DNA of 64,000 nt, taken from the NCBI RefSeq assembly GCF_009914755.1, contig NC_060929.1; one strand, 5' to 3'. The stretch comes from the human T2T-CHM13v2.0 reference genome, Homo sapiens. Under the pieces are notes generated by a model, which worked only from the letters and a program-made list of their open reading frames with translations, ran no database searches and had not been told where the DNA came from. Positions 27,861 to 44,581 of this stretch are shown here, one piece after another (the stretch's first letter is position 1; each line of letters opens with the position of its first letter). The position numbers and the translations under genes are program-made.

Positions 27861-28044
27861 AAATATAGAAGGAATGAAAGTTCAATGTCAGAAGTTTAGG
27901 CTGTATAGAAATTAGAAACTTCTGCATGTCAGACTCTATAGTATATTTCCATAAATCGAGGGAAAAAAATAAAATGATGATACAGAGTATCATTCTAAAA
28001 ATTCTGGAAAGCACTACAACCTCAATAGAAAAAGTGGACAAAAG

Positions 28045-28452
28045 TCCATCAATGATAGACTGCATTAAGAAAATGTGGCACATACACACCATAGAATACT
28101 ATGCAGCCATAGAAATGGATGAGTTCATGTCCTTTGTAGGGACATGGATGAAGCTGGAAACCATCATTCTCAGCAAACTATTGCAAGGACAAAAAACCAA
28201 ACACCGCATGTTCTCACATGTGGGAATTGAACAATGAGAACACCTGGACAGAGGGTGGGGAACATCACACACGGGGACCTGTCATGGGGTTGGGGGAGGG
28301 GGGAGGGATAGCATTAGGAGATATACCTAATGCTAAATGACGAGTTAACGGGTGCAGCACACCAACATGGCACATGTATACATATGTAACAAACCTGCGC
28401 ATTGTGCACATGTACCCTAGAACTTAAAGTATAATAATAATAATAAAAAAGA
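28045..28452 (+). mobile_element. Young L1PA 3' end (~400 bp), sense in intron 23
   Basis: L1PA 3' UTR, (AAT)n/polyA tail; TSD aagtggacaaaag at 28032-28044 and 28455-28467. Confidence 0.95.
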
Positions 28453-28658
28453 AGAAGTGGACAAAAGGTATGGAACAATAATTAATGAAATAAATAGAAA
28501 TGACTAACATACAAAAGAAAAAAATTTTTCCCAGTATCCAAAAATACAAATTAAAGCATGTTATTTTTGCCTCATATTTTCAAAGTGTAAGAAAATAGTA
28601 TTTTTAAGGTTGGGATAAGATAATTTACACACAACTGGAGGGAATATAAAATTGGTAT

Positions 28659-28945
28659 AGGCCAGGGACAATGTCTCGTGCCTGTAGTTCCAGCACTTTG
28701 GGAGGCCAAGGCAGGAGGATTGCTTGAGTCCAGGAGTTTGAGCCTGGGTGAGACAGTGAGACCCTGTCTCTACCAAAAAAAAAAAAAAAAAAAAAAAATT
28801 AGCCTGGTGTGGTGGCACACACCTGTAGTCCCAGCTACTTGAGAGGCTGAGTTGGGAGGATCACTTGAGCCCAGGAGGCTTAGGCTGCAGTGAGTGTGAT
28901 CATGCAGCTGTAGCCTGGGTGACAGAGCAAGACCCTGTGTCAATC
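28659..28945 (+). mobile_element. AluJ-type element
   Basis: Diverged Alu dimer with long central A tract. Confidence 0.9.
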
Positions 28946-30717
28946 AATCAGTAGTTGGTATAGCCTTTCTGGAAAGCACAGTGCTTCCAGACCTTCTTCC
29001 TTTATGGCAGTTTATAGTCTTACTACTTTTTGCATGGCACTCCTAGGCCAAACCATATACCTAACAGTTTCATTTATGAAGTAGTTCAAAACAATTAGTT
29101 TTTTGTGTTCAACCAGTATGACTGTATTTCCCTCCCAAATTAACAGTATTGGGAAAGTGTCCCTGAGAGAGTTTGCTGTGATGTCCGGTGCATGGCAGTG
29201 CAGAGTTTGGAAACTGGCAATATGGACGTATGGTTAAGGGCTTTAAGAAATAAGAAAATAGATAGGAGGAAAGATTTATGTACAAAATTCTTCTGCTCAA
29301 AAATGTCCAAAATTGATATTTTTACTTCTAGTAATTAGGTGTTCTTGTTTTAGGTTGTAAATCCCTTTCAGAGTTTAGTACATAGCAGGCTGGCCTAAGT
29401 ACTGACTCCTTCCCTGCATGAGTTGCAGACCATCGTTTTGTTTGTTTGTTTTTTGTAACTGCATAGTGAAAGAAATCTTAGTTTTGAAATTCTGGTCTCC
29501 TGTTTGAATGCATTTGATTGTGACTGAATGAGCTCTCTCTGACTATTTCTGGAATAAAAAGTTGTTGCCTTTTCTCCAGTTCACGAGGGTTTGCTTCTGA
29601 GACTAAGTGCTGCTCGTTAACAAGTATTGTTAACAAGCATTGCTGAGCAAAGAACACCTGAGTTTAAGCCCTGGCCCTACTTCTTGCTGGCTCTGTAGAC
29701 TTGAGCAGGTTATTTAATAAGCTCTCTGAAATTCAGTTTCTCATCTGTCAACTGGGGTAAGAACTGCTGATGTGCCCACTTCAAATTGACAGCTATAATT
29801 CTTAAATGAGATTATATTTGTGGAGCTGCTTTGTAATGCTCAGTGTATGTAGGTATCACTATTTTTTCCATTTAGCTAGAAATCTAGAGGCTTTTTCACT
29901 TCATATTTTATGTAAGCTATAAAAACTATGATTGATTATTTTTATTTTACTGATAGGGAATTTACACTGAAGGAGAACTTAAGGAACTTGCACCAGTTTC
30001 TGTATCAGGTTAGATACAAAACTGCTACAGGAACCCTTCGTTTTTAACACACCAGCTTTTGCTTGGTAATGATGAATTAATACTCTCTTATCACATGTCA
30101 AACTACTAAGCTAAGCACTCTACACATTACTTTATTTAACACGCACAACAGAGTTGTGTTATTTAGGGACTGTTGTTATGCCTTTTATAGATGAGGAGAT
30201 TGAAACTCACAGAGGCCACGTATCTAAGCATTTTCTCAAGCTCACCTTGCTATTAAGGGGCACAGCCTGGATTTTAACTCAGGCATTCTGATGCTACAGC
30301 TGTGATCTATTCAACATTGTGTTATATTCTCTAATTTGTCATTTCGTGGCTTTCTAGTTCATGAAACTGTAGTAAATATTTTAAATCTGCTTTTAGAAGT
30401 TCTGAATTGAATATTTTTATTAGGAATACAGTGTAGCCTTTTATTAATATGGTCTCAAATTGTAAGAACATAAAGTAAAGCCAGAAACGTAGGTTGAAAC
30501 AGAACTCCCAGATCCATGAGTTCAGATAAATTATTGTATAGTTTTCTAAAATACACAGGAATGATTTTTCTTTTTTTTAGATGTCTAAAAAAATGTGCTA
30601 TCTGTAGTTATTAAATTGTCATTGCTAAATAAAGGTTGCCTTTGTTGTCCAGAATTATTAGCTCAATTGTATTCAGTCTGAATAATCTTAAAAAAAAAAA
30701 AAAGAAATAAACTATAA

Positions 30718-30849
<132 letters not shown>

Positions 30850-31190
30850 AGGGCACACTACACTATTAATAAAAATGGAATCATTAAATACTCTCTTCAC
30901 CCAAATATGCTTGATTATTCTGCAAAAGTGATTAGAACTAAGATGCAGGGGAAATTGCTTAACATTTTCAGATATCAGATAACTGCAGATTTTCATTTTC
31001 TACTAATTTTTCATGTATCATTATTTTTACAAGGAACTATATATAAGCTAGCACATAATTATCCTTCTGTTCTTAGATCTGTATCTTCATAATAAAAAAA
31101 TTTTGCCCAAGTCCTGTTTCCTTAGAATTTGTGATAGCATTGATAAGTTGAAAGGAAAATTAAATCAATAAAGGCCTTTGATACCTTTGT
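30850..31190 (+). other. HSD17B4: HSD17B4 3' UTR (end approximate)
   Basis: Follows the stop codon; AATAAA at 30868, 31091 and 31167. Confidence 0.85.
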
Positions 31191-31220
31191 TTTTTTGTGA
31201 TTTTCTGTTTTTTTATTTAT
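31167..31220 (+). terminator. Distal polyadenylation signal AATAAA with downstream U/GU-rich element
   Basis: AATAAA 31167-31172 followed ~15 nt later by tttgttttttttgtgattttctgtttttttattt. Confidence 0.8.
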
Positions 31221-31619
31221 TGATACCCCAGTTTTTATGTGAATTTCCATGTATGCACTCATTTTTCATACTTTGTTCTGATAGTATTCTCTTTTAAAGC
31301 AAGAGAAAAGTCTTTGTGCTCCCAAATAGTTTTCTTTCTTCTCCCCTCCCCTTTGCTGGAAATTCTTTACTACATATAATGTTTATAAATCTACCAAGTG
31401 TAGCTTTCTTGAAGAATCAGCAGTCTCAAAACAGAAAGATAGTCACTAGCAAGTACTGCCACATCACTGTTTTCCTCAGCATTTAGCTCTGATGAAGTGC
31501 ACTGGGAGATGCTCTTTGGATGAGTTGGCTGCAGAGGTGACCAGCAGCAGGTGGTATGCTAAGCTCAGAGATGGAGTAAATTTCAATCAGGTAACACAGC
31601 TGAGGAGAATATGTGTGGG

Positions 31620-31945
31620 TGGCTAGTATGGGCTGAGTTTCCCAGGAAGCTGACTTTCAGATGGAGATTCATGTGCAGGAAGTTGATTTGGGAGGTGCTT
31701 TTATGAGCAGCACCTGCCAGGAGAAGCAAAGGAAGCAGAGCTGGGCAGATGGAGACATTAGGCTGTGGTTGCAGTTACCATAAGGCCTGGACTGATCTTT
31801 TGGGGAGCTCTGAAGCTGGGATGGCCATTCAGAATTGTCCTGAGGCAAGTAGTCATTGGTTATGACCTGCCCTGCAAGGGGGCCATGACCTTGGTCAAAG
31901 CGGCAGAGCAATTCCTGGAGTTGGCTTGCCCAGCAGTTGGGGGAA
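31620..31945. mobile_element. Old ERVL/MaLR-class LTR fragment, interrupted by the adjacent L1
   Basis: gagtttcccaggaagctgac...gatggagattcatgtgcaggaag motifs. Confidence 0.5.
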
Positions 31946-31951
31946 TATGTC

Positions 31952-33349
31952 TTTTTTTTTTTCCTTAAAACTTTTAAGTTCAGGGGTACATGTGCAGGAT
32001 GTACTGGTTTGTTACATAGGTAAACATGTGCCATGGTGGTTTGCTGCACAGCTCATACCATCACCTAGATATTAAGCCCAGCATCCATTAGCTATTCATG
32101 CTGATGCTCTCCCTCCTCCCACCTTCACCCCTGCAACAGGCCCCAGTGTGAGTTGTTCCCCACCATGTGTCCATGTGTTTTCATCATTCAGTTCCCTCTT
32201 ATAAGTGAAAACATGCGGTGTTTGGTTTTCTGTTCCTGCGTTAGTTTGCTAAGGATAATGGCCTCCAGCTCCATCCATGTCCCTGCAAAGGATATGATCT
32301 CACTCCTTTTTATGGCTGCAGAGTATTCCATTGTATATAGCTACCACATTTTCTTTATCCAGTCTATCATTGATGGGCATTTGGGTTGATTCCATGTCTT
32401 TGCTGTTGTGAATAGTGCTGCAGTGAACATTTATATGCGTGTACCTTTATAATAGAATAATTTATATTCCTCTGGGTAAATACCCAGTAATGGGATTGCT
32501 AGGTCAAATGGTATTTCTGCCTCTAAGTCTTTGAGGAATTGCCACACTGTCTTCCACTATGGTTGAATTAATTTATACTCCCCCCAGCAGTGTAAAAGTG
32601 TTCTTATTTATTCACAGCCTCACCAGCATCTATTGTTTCTTGATTTTTTAGTAATCGCCATTCTGACTGGCATGAGATGGTATCTCATTGTGATTTGATT
32701 TCTCTAATGATCAGTGATGTTGAACTTTTTTTCATGTTTGTTGGCCACATGTGTGTCTTCTTTTGAGAAGTATCTGTTCATGTCCTTTGCCCACTTTTTA
32801 GTTGGGTTGTTTTTTTCCTGTACATTTGTTTAGGTTCCTTGTAGACTATGGGTATTAGACCTTTGTCAGATGGATAGATTGCAAAAATTTTCTCCCATTC
32901 TGTAGGTTGTCTGTTCACTCTGATGATAGTTTCTTTTGCTGTGCAGATGCTCTTTAGTTTAATTAGATCTCATTAGCCAGTTTTTGCTTTTATTGCAATT
33001 GCTTTTGGCGTTTTTGTCATGAAATCTTTGCCCATGCCTATGCCCTGAATGTTATTGCCTAGATTTTTTTCTAGGGTTTATAGTTTTGGGTTTTTAAATT
33101 TAAGTCTGTAACCCATCTTGAGTTGGTTTTTGTATAAGGTGTAAGAAAGGGGTCCAGTTTCAATTTTCTGCATGTGGCTAACCAGCACTCACAGCATCAT
33201 TTATTAAACCTATTAGAGAATCTTTTTTCCATTGCTTGTTTTTGTCAAGTTTCATAAAGATCAGATGGCTGTAGGTGGGCAGTCTTATTTCTGAGTTCCC
33301 TGTTTAGTTACGTTGCTCAGTATGTCTGTTTTGTACCAGTATCATGCTG
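31952..33349 (-). mobile_element. L1PA (mid-aged) 5'-truncated, 1.4 kb
   Basis: L1 3' UTR and ORF2 end; TSD ggaatatgtcttt at 31942-31954 and 33351-33363. Confidence 0.95.
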
Positions 33350-33656
33350 AGGAATATGTCTTTCAATCCTGATGGGGCTTTGTAGAACTCAGCACACTTT
33401 ATTTGAGGAAACAAGAATGCAAATTCAGGGATCAGGGGAGAAGGTTTCAGAAATTTGGAACTGTGATACTTAGAACAGTGATGGAACAGTAGAAGACCTC
33501 AATATGTTACTTATTTTAATGAGTGAACAGAATAAGTAGAAGGCATAGGAAGAAATTATATTTTTGGCAATTATGCCTTTGTCTCATGAACTGTATAGTA
33601 TTTTTAAATTTATTTCAGAGTGATCTGTTGTTATACCAATTGAATTAATTGAGTTA

Positions 33657-33704
33657 ATTGTTGGACATTTGGGTTGGTTCCAAGTCTTTGCTATTGTGAA
33701 TAGT
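33657..33704 (-). mobile_element. Isolated 48-bp young L1 fragment
   Basis: attgttggacatttgggttggttccaagtctttgctattgtgaatagt; 47/48 identical to L1PA at 11187-11234; no polyA or TSD. Confidence 0.85.
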
Positions 33705-34119
33705 CAATGGCAGTATTTTTAATGTTGGTCTATTATTGTACTAAATAGTTGTTTATATTGAGCTTGGGAAAGCTTTCGTGTCCAATAGAAATAGCATATT
33801 AAAATAAATGCCACTGTATATTAATGAAAGTGTTGATTATATACCCTAGATACTTAAAACTTAAGGAAGTTATGTTTTAATTTTCTTACACATCTCTGTC
33901 AATATTTATGGTCAGAGAACTACTCATATCCAAATTTGGCAACTTATCAGTCATGCTCCTTAACCCTTCTGTAATATTTAATATTATCAAATGCCCCATC
34001 TTCCTTAATTCTTCTTACCTTTCAATGAGAAATATATTAACTTCTTAATGAACCTGTTAATCTGACTTCTACTTGTCTATTTTGTGATTTCCTTTGACTA
34101 CCAGTGAAGTTCATTTAGA

Positions 34120-34385
34120 GAGTCAGTTCCCTAGGTTTTTACTGGGGTCTTATTCACATGGGCTCCTCTACCTGAACACATCCCCAAATTCCAGACTCAG
34201 GAGGAAAGCAGGTGTTTAGCATAAACCACGTTGTTTGTACAAACATGGCACAGAGAGCCACTCAGTGAGGGAATGGTGGGAAGCTTCCCAAAATTTAAGT
34301 TCCCAGATACCAGCCAGGCATCAACCTCAGAAGCATTCTAAGGGCAGCAGGCTCAAGGTCTGCTTTGTTAGCTCTTTTTCTACAC
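34120..34385. mobile_element. MER21-type LTR fragment
   Basis: aaattccagact...ggaaagcaggtgtttagcataaacc...gttagctctttttctaca motifs. Confidence 0.75.
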
Positions 34386-35397
34386 TGATAGGATCAGCCC
34401 CAACCAAGCCACATGGCCTAAGAGCAAATCAGGTGTGATATCAGGAAATTTGGAGGACTGGAAAGCCATATCTCAAATATCCACCCCACAGGTTCTTTAG
34501 CTCTCTTAATTTGCTTCTTTACCTTAACATCAGGTAAACTATATATCCCTAAGCCTTCCAAGTGTCACCTGTGTGAGACTGTTCTCAATCGATCCTAACA
34601 GAATAATCTCTTGACTTCTCACAGAACTTTGTATATATTTTAAAGCAAACAATAAGAAAGCTGATTTTTTTTTCATTGGAAATAAATAGATTTGAATAGT
34701 ATTACCCCAACATTTTAACTTTGCCTGTTAGGTCAACAAATAAAGCAGAAAAACTGAAAGATAATCCAGTTCCACTGAGAAATTCTGAAGTTCAGAAACT
34801 TCAAAAGCTGACAGTTATGGAAAGTGATTTTCTGAAGAGAAGAACATTTTAGGTCAATGTGGACTAAGCTATTTTTATGAGGGGAGAGGATAGAAAATAA
34901 CCTATTTTACAATGCATAAATAGGCAAAATACAGAAATTGCAAGCCTTAGCTAAAAATGAGTCTAGATTTATATTACATGTATACATGGTATGTTGGTTG
35001 AAGTTGCCCAATTAAGTGATTTCTAGACATCAGGGTTAACATAGCTTAAAAAAAAAGATAACCTGAGATTGCCGAGTGTTGAGGCACTAAAATTCAAAAT
35101 TTAACCATGTAAGATCTGTTTGTAGCTTCATTCAAAATCCATCTTTTAAGAAGCTTGGTTACATAACTTTTAAGCCTACAGCTCACAAGAATGGAAAAAC
35201 AGTCAAGTAGAAAGAACCATGTGTTGTTGCAGGGAGCACTGGCTGGGGGTAGTTTTTGTAGGCAGCATGGAAGAAGTCATAAAATTAACCCAGAAAACAG
35301 ACTAAGAAGTGTCATTTGAAGTGAGGTTGAACAGCTCTATACACCTTAATCTCTTGAAGTTACAGGACTGTCAGTAAAGAACAATGATGGGTTAAAT

Positions 35398-35590
35398 CAG
35401 GGGTCAGCATACATTTTCCGTAAAGGGCCACACAGTAAAGACTTTTGGCGTTGTGGGCCACATTTGGTCTCTGTACCGTATTTCTTAAAAAAAAAACAAA
35501 ACAAAAAGAAAAACCTAAAATTGAAAAAGCCATTCTTAGTTTGCTAGCTGGACAAAAAACAGGCTAGGAACTGGATTTAGCTTGCAGGGT
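35398..35590 (+). mobile_element. MER58B-like hAT element
   Basis: caggggtcagca..ttttccgtaaagggcca...gccattcttag motifs. Confidence 0.7.
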
Positions 35591-35658
35591 GGAAACTGGA
35601 TATAGGTGCTGAGAGCCACTGGTTTAGAAAACAAAATTTTCAACTGTCAGCTTTATTT

Positions 35659-36501
35659 TTTTTAAAAATTTAATTTTTAAAAAATTTTTGTAAATTATTT
35701 TATTTCTTCCATGATGATTTAGTGGGACTATCTTCAAACCAGTACAAATATTTCATAAATAATATCTGGCTGTTTTCTCACCAATTGAGTAATATGTTCC
35801 ACAGTAAGCCACCTCACCTCTTTGAGCAAGAAATACATTAAATTGGAATAGTAAAGACATTACTCAATGGATAAAGACAATTAAAATTTACTTTAAATAT
35901 TTCTTTCGGGAAGAGGACACCACACTTCTACTCAATGAGTAGAAACATTTTTACAGTCCAGAGGTCTTTTATTTTTTTAACACCTACTATGCCATGAATT
36001 CATAGGGAATAAGTTCCAGCAGCTCAGGCTCCTTCCCATCGGTTCTCACAGTGTACTTCGCTGAGTGGAGCAGACTGGCGCTTCAGTTGAATCCAGGTAC
36101 CTTTGTCTTTGGCTTCTTTTTCTGATTATTTTCCTTCACGCGTTTCAGGAAACTATCTTGGCTCTTAGAGTGCTTAATGTGTTCAATAAGCGCATTAATT
36201 CTCTTGGCAAGAATCTTGCCTTTAACTTGTTTGTTTACAATAAGGCCAACAGCATGCCAGGTAACATTGTAGACTCTTCCAGTTTTGCCATGATAACACT
36301 TGTGGGGCATTCCTTTTTGAGCAGTACCCATTCCCTTGATGTCTACAATATCACCTTTCTTATAGATTTGCATATACATGGCCAAAGGAAAAACTCTTGT
36401 TTTCTAAAACGCTTAGAGACCATATATCGGGTGCCTCTCCTCTTTGCCTTTGTCTTCATCATTTTGGTGAATTACTGGAAGATGGTGGTTCCAGCCGAAA
36501 G
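35659..36501 (-). pseudogene. RPL21P58: RPL21 processed pseudogene (CDS homology 36462->35987); probably RPL21P58, number recalled and not verified
   Basis: Intronless; [38 protein letters not shown]...; frame disruptions; starts at TOP-like ctttc; polyA remnant; TSD aactgtca..tttattt at 35642-35658 and 36502-36518. Confidence 0.93.
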
Positions 36502-37407
36502 AACTGTCATATTTATTTGCCTTAAACAATTTATGAAAGTATGAATGCCTTTCAGGAAAATTTTTTCAATTATGAATGTCAAGGGACAGAACTAGGGTCA
36601 AGAAACAAATACTTAAAAAAGTTGCTTATTTATATTTTGCTTACTAATGGAGCTTTGTTTTTGCCATTCTTATTTAAATATGTTCACGTAAAATTTTCAC
36701 CATTAGAGAATAGCTATTTTAAGTCACTTTGCTCATCATTTAACTTGTCTTTTCATATGCTTCCTGTTCCTTTAAGGCTCTTTCTATCTCATAATCTTTA
36801 AACCAAATAAAGTATATTAATGAAACAAAATGATTGGCATACAACTTGCGATTCTTGTTGAGATGTTGGAACTACCATGCATACAATTTATCCCATTCTT
36901 CCCACTGTTTTTTAAATATTAAAAATAGTAAGGCTCATTAATAACCCAATTTTTAAAAATGGGCAAATGATTAGGACATGCCACGTGTCACATTAGAAGT
37001 ACTCAACACCATGAGAAGTCAGGGAAATGAAAATGAAAACCATAGTAAGCTACCATTACATACTAACTGAGATGATTAAAGTTAAAAAGACTGACAATAC
37101 CAAATCTTGGTAAGCATGTGGATCAACTGGAAGTCTTATACACTGGTAGCAGTGTAAAATGGTATGACCAGTCTAGAAAAAAGTTTTAGCATTTTTTTTT
37201 ATAACTAGTATACACTTTTCCTGTGAGTCAATTCAATTTCTAGCTACTTTCTCAAGAGAAATGAAAACATATTACAAAAAGGCTTATATAAGAATTTTTA
37301 CAACAGTTTTGTTTTTAATAGCTAAAATCCATCCACTAGGGAATGGATAAACAGATGATGGTATATGATACAGTGGGATTCTACTCAACCATTTAAAAAG
37401 TTAACAA

Positions 37408-37545
37408 GCCAGGTTCAGTGGTGTGCACATGTAGTCACAGCTACTTAGGAGGTTGAGGCAGGAAGATCGCTTAAGCCCAGGAGCTCGAGGCTGCAGTGTG
37501 CAATGATCATGCCTGTGAAGAGCCACTGCCCCTACATCTCTAAAA
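37408..37545 (+). mobile_element. FAM (fossil Alu monomer/7SL-derived)
   Basis: Monomer retaining gcctgtgaa(t)agccactgc, which is absent from dimeric Alu. Confidence 0.7.
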
Positions 37546-37589
37546 TAAATAGTTAAGCAGCATGAATAAGTCTCAAAAATATACTGAAT

Positions 37590-37933
<344 letters not shown>

Positions 37934-38285
37934 TCAGAAAGTAGTTGCACTGAGGAGGAAAGGTTGGATTGCTTGGGAAGGACCATGAGAGAACTCTGGT
38001 AGTTATATCCTACATCTTGAATAGGAATTTGCATTACACAGGTAAATACATTTGTCAAAACACATTGAGTTTTACACTGAAGATTTATACCTTTGATTGT
38101 ATATATAAATTTTTCTTAAGAGAAAAAACTATAAACAAATATTAAACTCTCATCCATGATATGCTTGCCAAAGCACTAAAGGATAAAGTGCACTGATATC
38201 TGCAATTTACTTTGAAATGCATAAAAAAATAAGAGGGATGTATAGAGGGATAGACAGATGGACAGATGTGACGCCACAAGCGTAA

Positions 38286-38982
38286 TGAGGCAGAAAAATG
38301 GAGTCTGGAGGCAAGGAACCTAAGGCCAATTCACGCTGACTTCCTAGAACTAAATCAAAAGGAAAACCCCAACTTTCCACACATAAGTAACAAAAAAAAT
38401 GGAGACTACTCCCTTTGCAACCCCTCCCCGCCTTTTTCTGCGTGGCAGATGGAAAATTGAAAATATCTGTGATTGGTTGCTTTCTGCAATCAATCGGACA
38501 TTTGCATAGGAGTGTAACTTTGTAAGTTTGTGTAACTTTGTAACTTCACTTCAGCCTCTGATTGGTTGCTTTCCACAACCAATCAGACTGACTGCAGGCC
38601 CAGTCTTCGTTTGCATAGAAGTATAACTTTGTAACTTCACTTTAGCCTCTGTTTGGTTGCTTTCCACAACCAATCACATGCTTGCGTAGGGTGTAACCTT
38701 TGTAACTTCACTTCAGGCTCTGAAGTAGTTGTGTGCCATCTTCATTTCCATAGGGCGCACACCAAGTAACCAATGGGAAACCTCTAGAGGGTATTTAAGC
38801 CCCAGAAAATTCTGTAAAAGGGCTTTTGAGCCCCTATCTTCAAGCCCACTCCCAGCCTGTGGAGTGTACTTTTGTTTTCAATAAATCTCTGCTTTTGTTG
38901 CTTCATTTTTTCCTTGCTTTGTGCATTTTGTCCAATTCTTTGTTCAAAACGCCAAGTACCTGGACACCCTCCACTGGTAACA
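38286..38982 (+). mobile_element. MER51-type (ERV1) solo LTR
   Basis: TGAGGCAG...ggaacctaaggcc...ctggtaaCA; internal tandem units with ATTGG/CCAAT; AATAAA at ~38880. Confidence 0.85.
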
Positions 38983-39813
38983 ATAGTACAACGTTAATTA
39001 TTCAGGAGGTGGTTATAGAGGTGCTTAGTGTAAAATTCTTTCAGGTTTACTGTATTTTCAAACATTTTTGCAATTTAAATATTGGGAAAATACAATAGTG
39101 ACATAAAAAAAGAAAATTCAACTATATGCTATAAAATAATACACACCTAAAGCAGAATGACGGAGAAAGATTTTTCACTATAGGAAAAATGTATCCCAAC
39201 ACATTATGTCGTTAGCAAAGATTACCGTGGCAGTTAGGGTATGGTGATTATAGTGGAGGGGAGAGGAGTGGAGGGAGAAAGGGAGACCAAGCAAAAGGAG
39301 AAGGAAAAAGGTATATTAACAAAGCTTGCATATTATTACATTTATTTTATAAAATTATGTCTGCATACGGGAATATATGGAAATGGTATAACACTGCAGG
39401 ATACAGTTAAAGCAGTAATCAAAGGAAAATTTCATAGTTTAAAATTCTTATACTAATTATAGGAATATAAATAAATGAATTAAGCATTCAACTTAGTAAG
39501 TTAGAAAAACAACAAACCCAAAGAAAGCGGAGCAAAGGAATTATTTATAATAAAAGCAGAAAAAGAAGAGAGTTGAAAATAAAAAATCTAGCGTAAATAA
39601 ATAATTAAATGAACAAACAAATCAACAGGCTGATCTTTACAAAGTGTAATAAATAGCTAACTCACAATCTTACCTAATTAATTTTTAAAAAGGAGAGTAT
39701 TTTGCTTAACTGTATGCCAATGAACTTCAAATGCTGTATAAATTTAATGATTTTTTTACATCATTGACACAAAATAGAAAATCTAAACAGATGGCTTGAC
39801 ATAAAAGAATTTG

Positions 39814-40105
<292 letters not shown>

Positions 40106-40536
40106 GAATTTGAGAAAGTTTGAGAAACGACTATTCTCCCTGAGTTCCTAAGCCTCAGATTCACATGTGAATTCAGCCAAACCCTTAATGAACAGAAAAT
40201 GCCAATCTTACTTCTGTTGTTCTGGAGGGCACGGAATGAGAGCTGCCATGTTTGTCCATTAAGTTGATATAATAACAATACTAAAACTTCAAAGGTGACA
40301 GAATCAAAAGAAAGTATGGACTAATGGCCTTTAAAAAAAGTGTCTAATAGCACATTAAAAGCGTACCCCTTATGGTTCAATATTAGAAACTCCATTAATA
40401 GGATTAATCACATTAATAGATTGCGATGCAGAGTACTAACCGCTATTTGATCATGGTGAGCTACTGGGGACAAGGAGAAAAATTTATATTATCTCCATAG
40501 ATTTGGAAAAAGCACTTAAAATTCAGCATCATTTGC

Positions 40537-43420
<2,884 letters not shown>

Positions 43421-43795
43421 CTGATAAAGACATTTAATGTGATAGGTATAAAGGGATACTTCTTTAACCTAAGTTGAGTGATTGTTCTATCTCTCCCTTG
43501 TCCTTTAATGGTAAAATACAAAGGACATTTCATTATAGACAGGAAGATAAGTCCACTGTCACCACTACTATTTAACATTGTCCTCGTGGCACTCGTGAGT
43601 ACAAGTGGGAAAGGGAAAGGAAACAGATATATAAATAGACATGTACTAAAATCAGAGTCAGGGATTGCACTGAGTGATACAAGCATGCTGGAAAGCCTGA
43701 GTCAGGGATGGTGTTCAGGGACCCTAGGGTACTGACACATGAGGTTGTGTTCTAACTGATATATTTGTTAATATTCTAACATTCTATTACATGAT

Positions 43796-44581
43796 TTCTC
43801 TTTCTTTTCTTTTTTCTTTCTTTCTCTTTTTTTCTTTTTCTCTCTTTCTTTTATACAAACACAATTATTTATTAATCAAAGCCATATTTCTATGGCTATA
43901 TTTACATGTAATAAAGGGATAAAGCATGGACTGGAGAGGGTTCTAATTAAACCAACACTTTGAAATAGTTGCATGTAAAATGTTTTTGATAAAGGTAATT
44001 GAATACAGTAATGACAAAAAAAGCAGTAGTAAGGGGATTTGTCCATTGAACTGAGCTTGTTCATTCTGATAACTAATTCTTGTCCAAAGTGATGATGGAG
44101 TTTTTATTCTACTTTTTCATAGATCTGAGTACAGGTGACATTGTTTATGATGCAGTCCACCACTAATTTCCTGTCTTTCAATTTTCTTATTTTGCCTTCC
44201 TTTCCATTCCACTTCTGATGTCGAACCAATGTGCCATATGTAAAGGTGCAGTCTGAGTTTTTCTGCCGTCACCTGTAGTTTCTTTGAATTTCCCTCCCCT
44301 GAGTGTGAGAAAACTGTATGATTTTAAAGTACTCTCCATTTTTATGGTGAGGTTTTTGCCATCAAAAAAGCTAATACAATCTTTTTTGGCCATAGCACCC
44401 TTTTTTTCGCAGAGGGCTAGTCCCACTCCTAGTTCCTTCATGTATTTATTATTCATCAAAGCCTTTGCTGTCCATCAGGTGCCCTCTTTCTTCCAGTTGC
44501 TGAACAGTGTCCATGGTGGGTGTCAGAAGGTGTGTGGAGTGAGCAGAGCAGGGTCCAGCATGGGAAACATGCTGTGCCCTC
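43796..44581 (-). pseudogene. FABP5P6: FABP5 processed pseudogene (CDS homology 44514->44104); probably FABP5P6, number recalled and not verified
   Basis: MDTVQQLE.../YMKELGVGLAL...GAMAK.DC...DGKNLTIK.ESTLK...DGRKTQT; intronless; FABP5-like 3' UTR; degenerate polyA 43796-43852; TSD ttacatgat at 43787-43795 and 44582-44590. Confidence 0.92.

Noticed and set aside
36065-36544. 159-aa + strand ORF, the longest in the window
   Set aside because: It is the antisense shadow of the RPL21 pseudogene and has a non-ATG start
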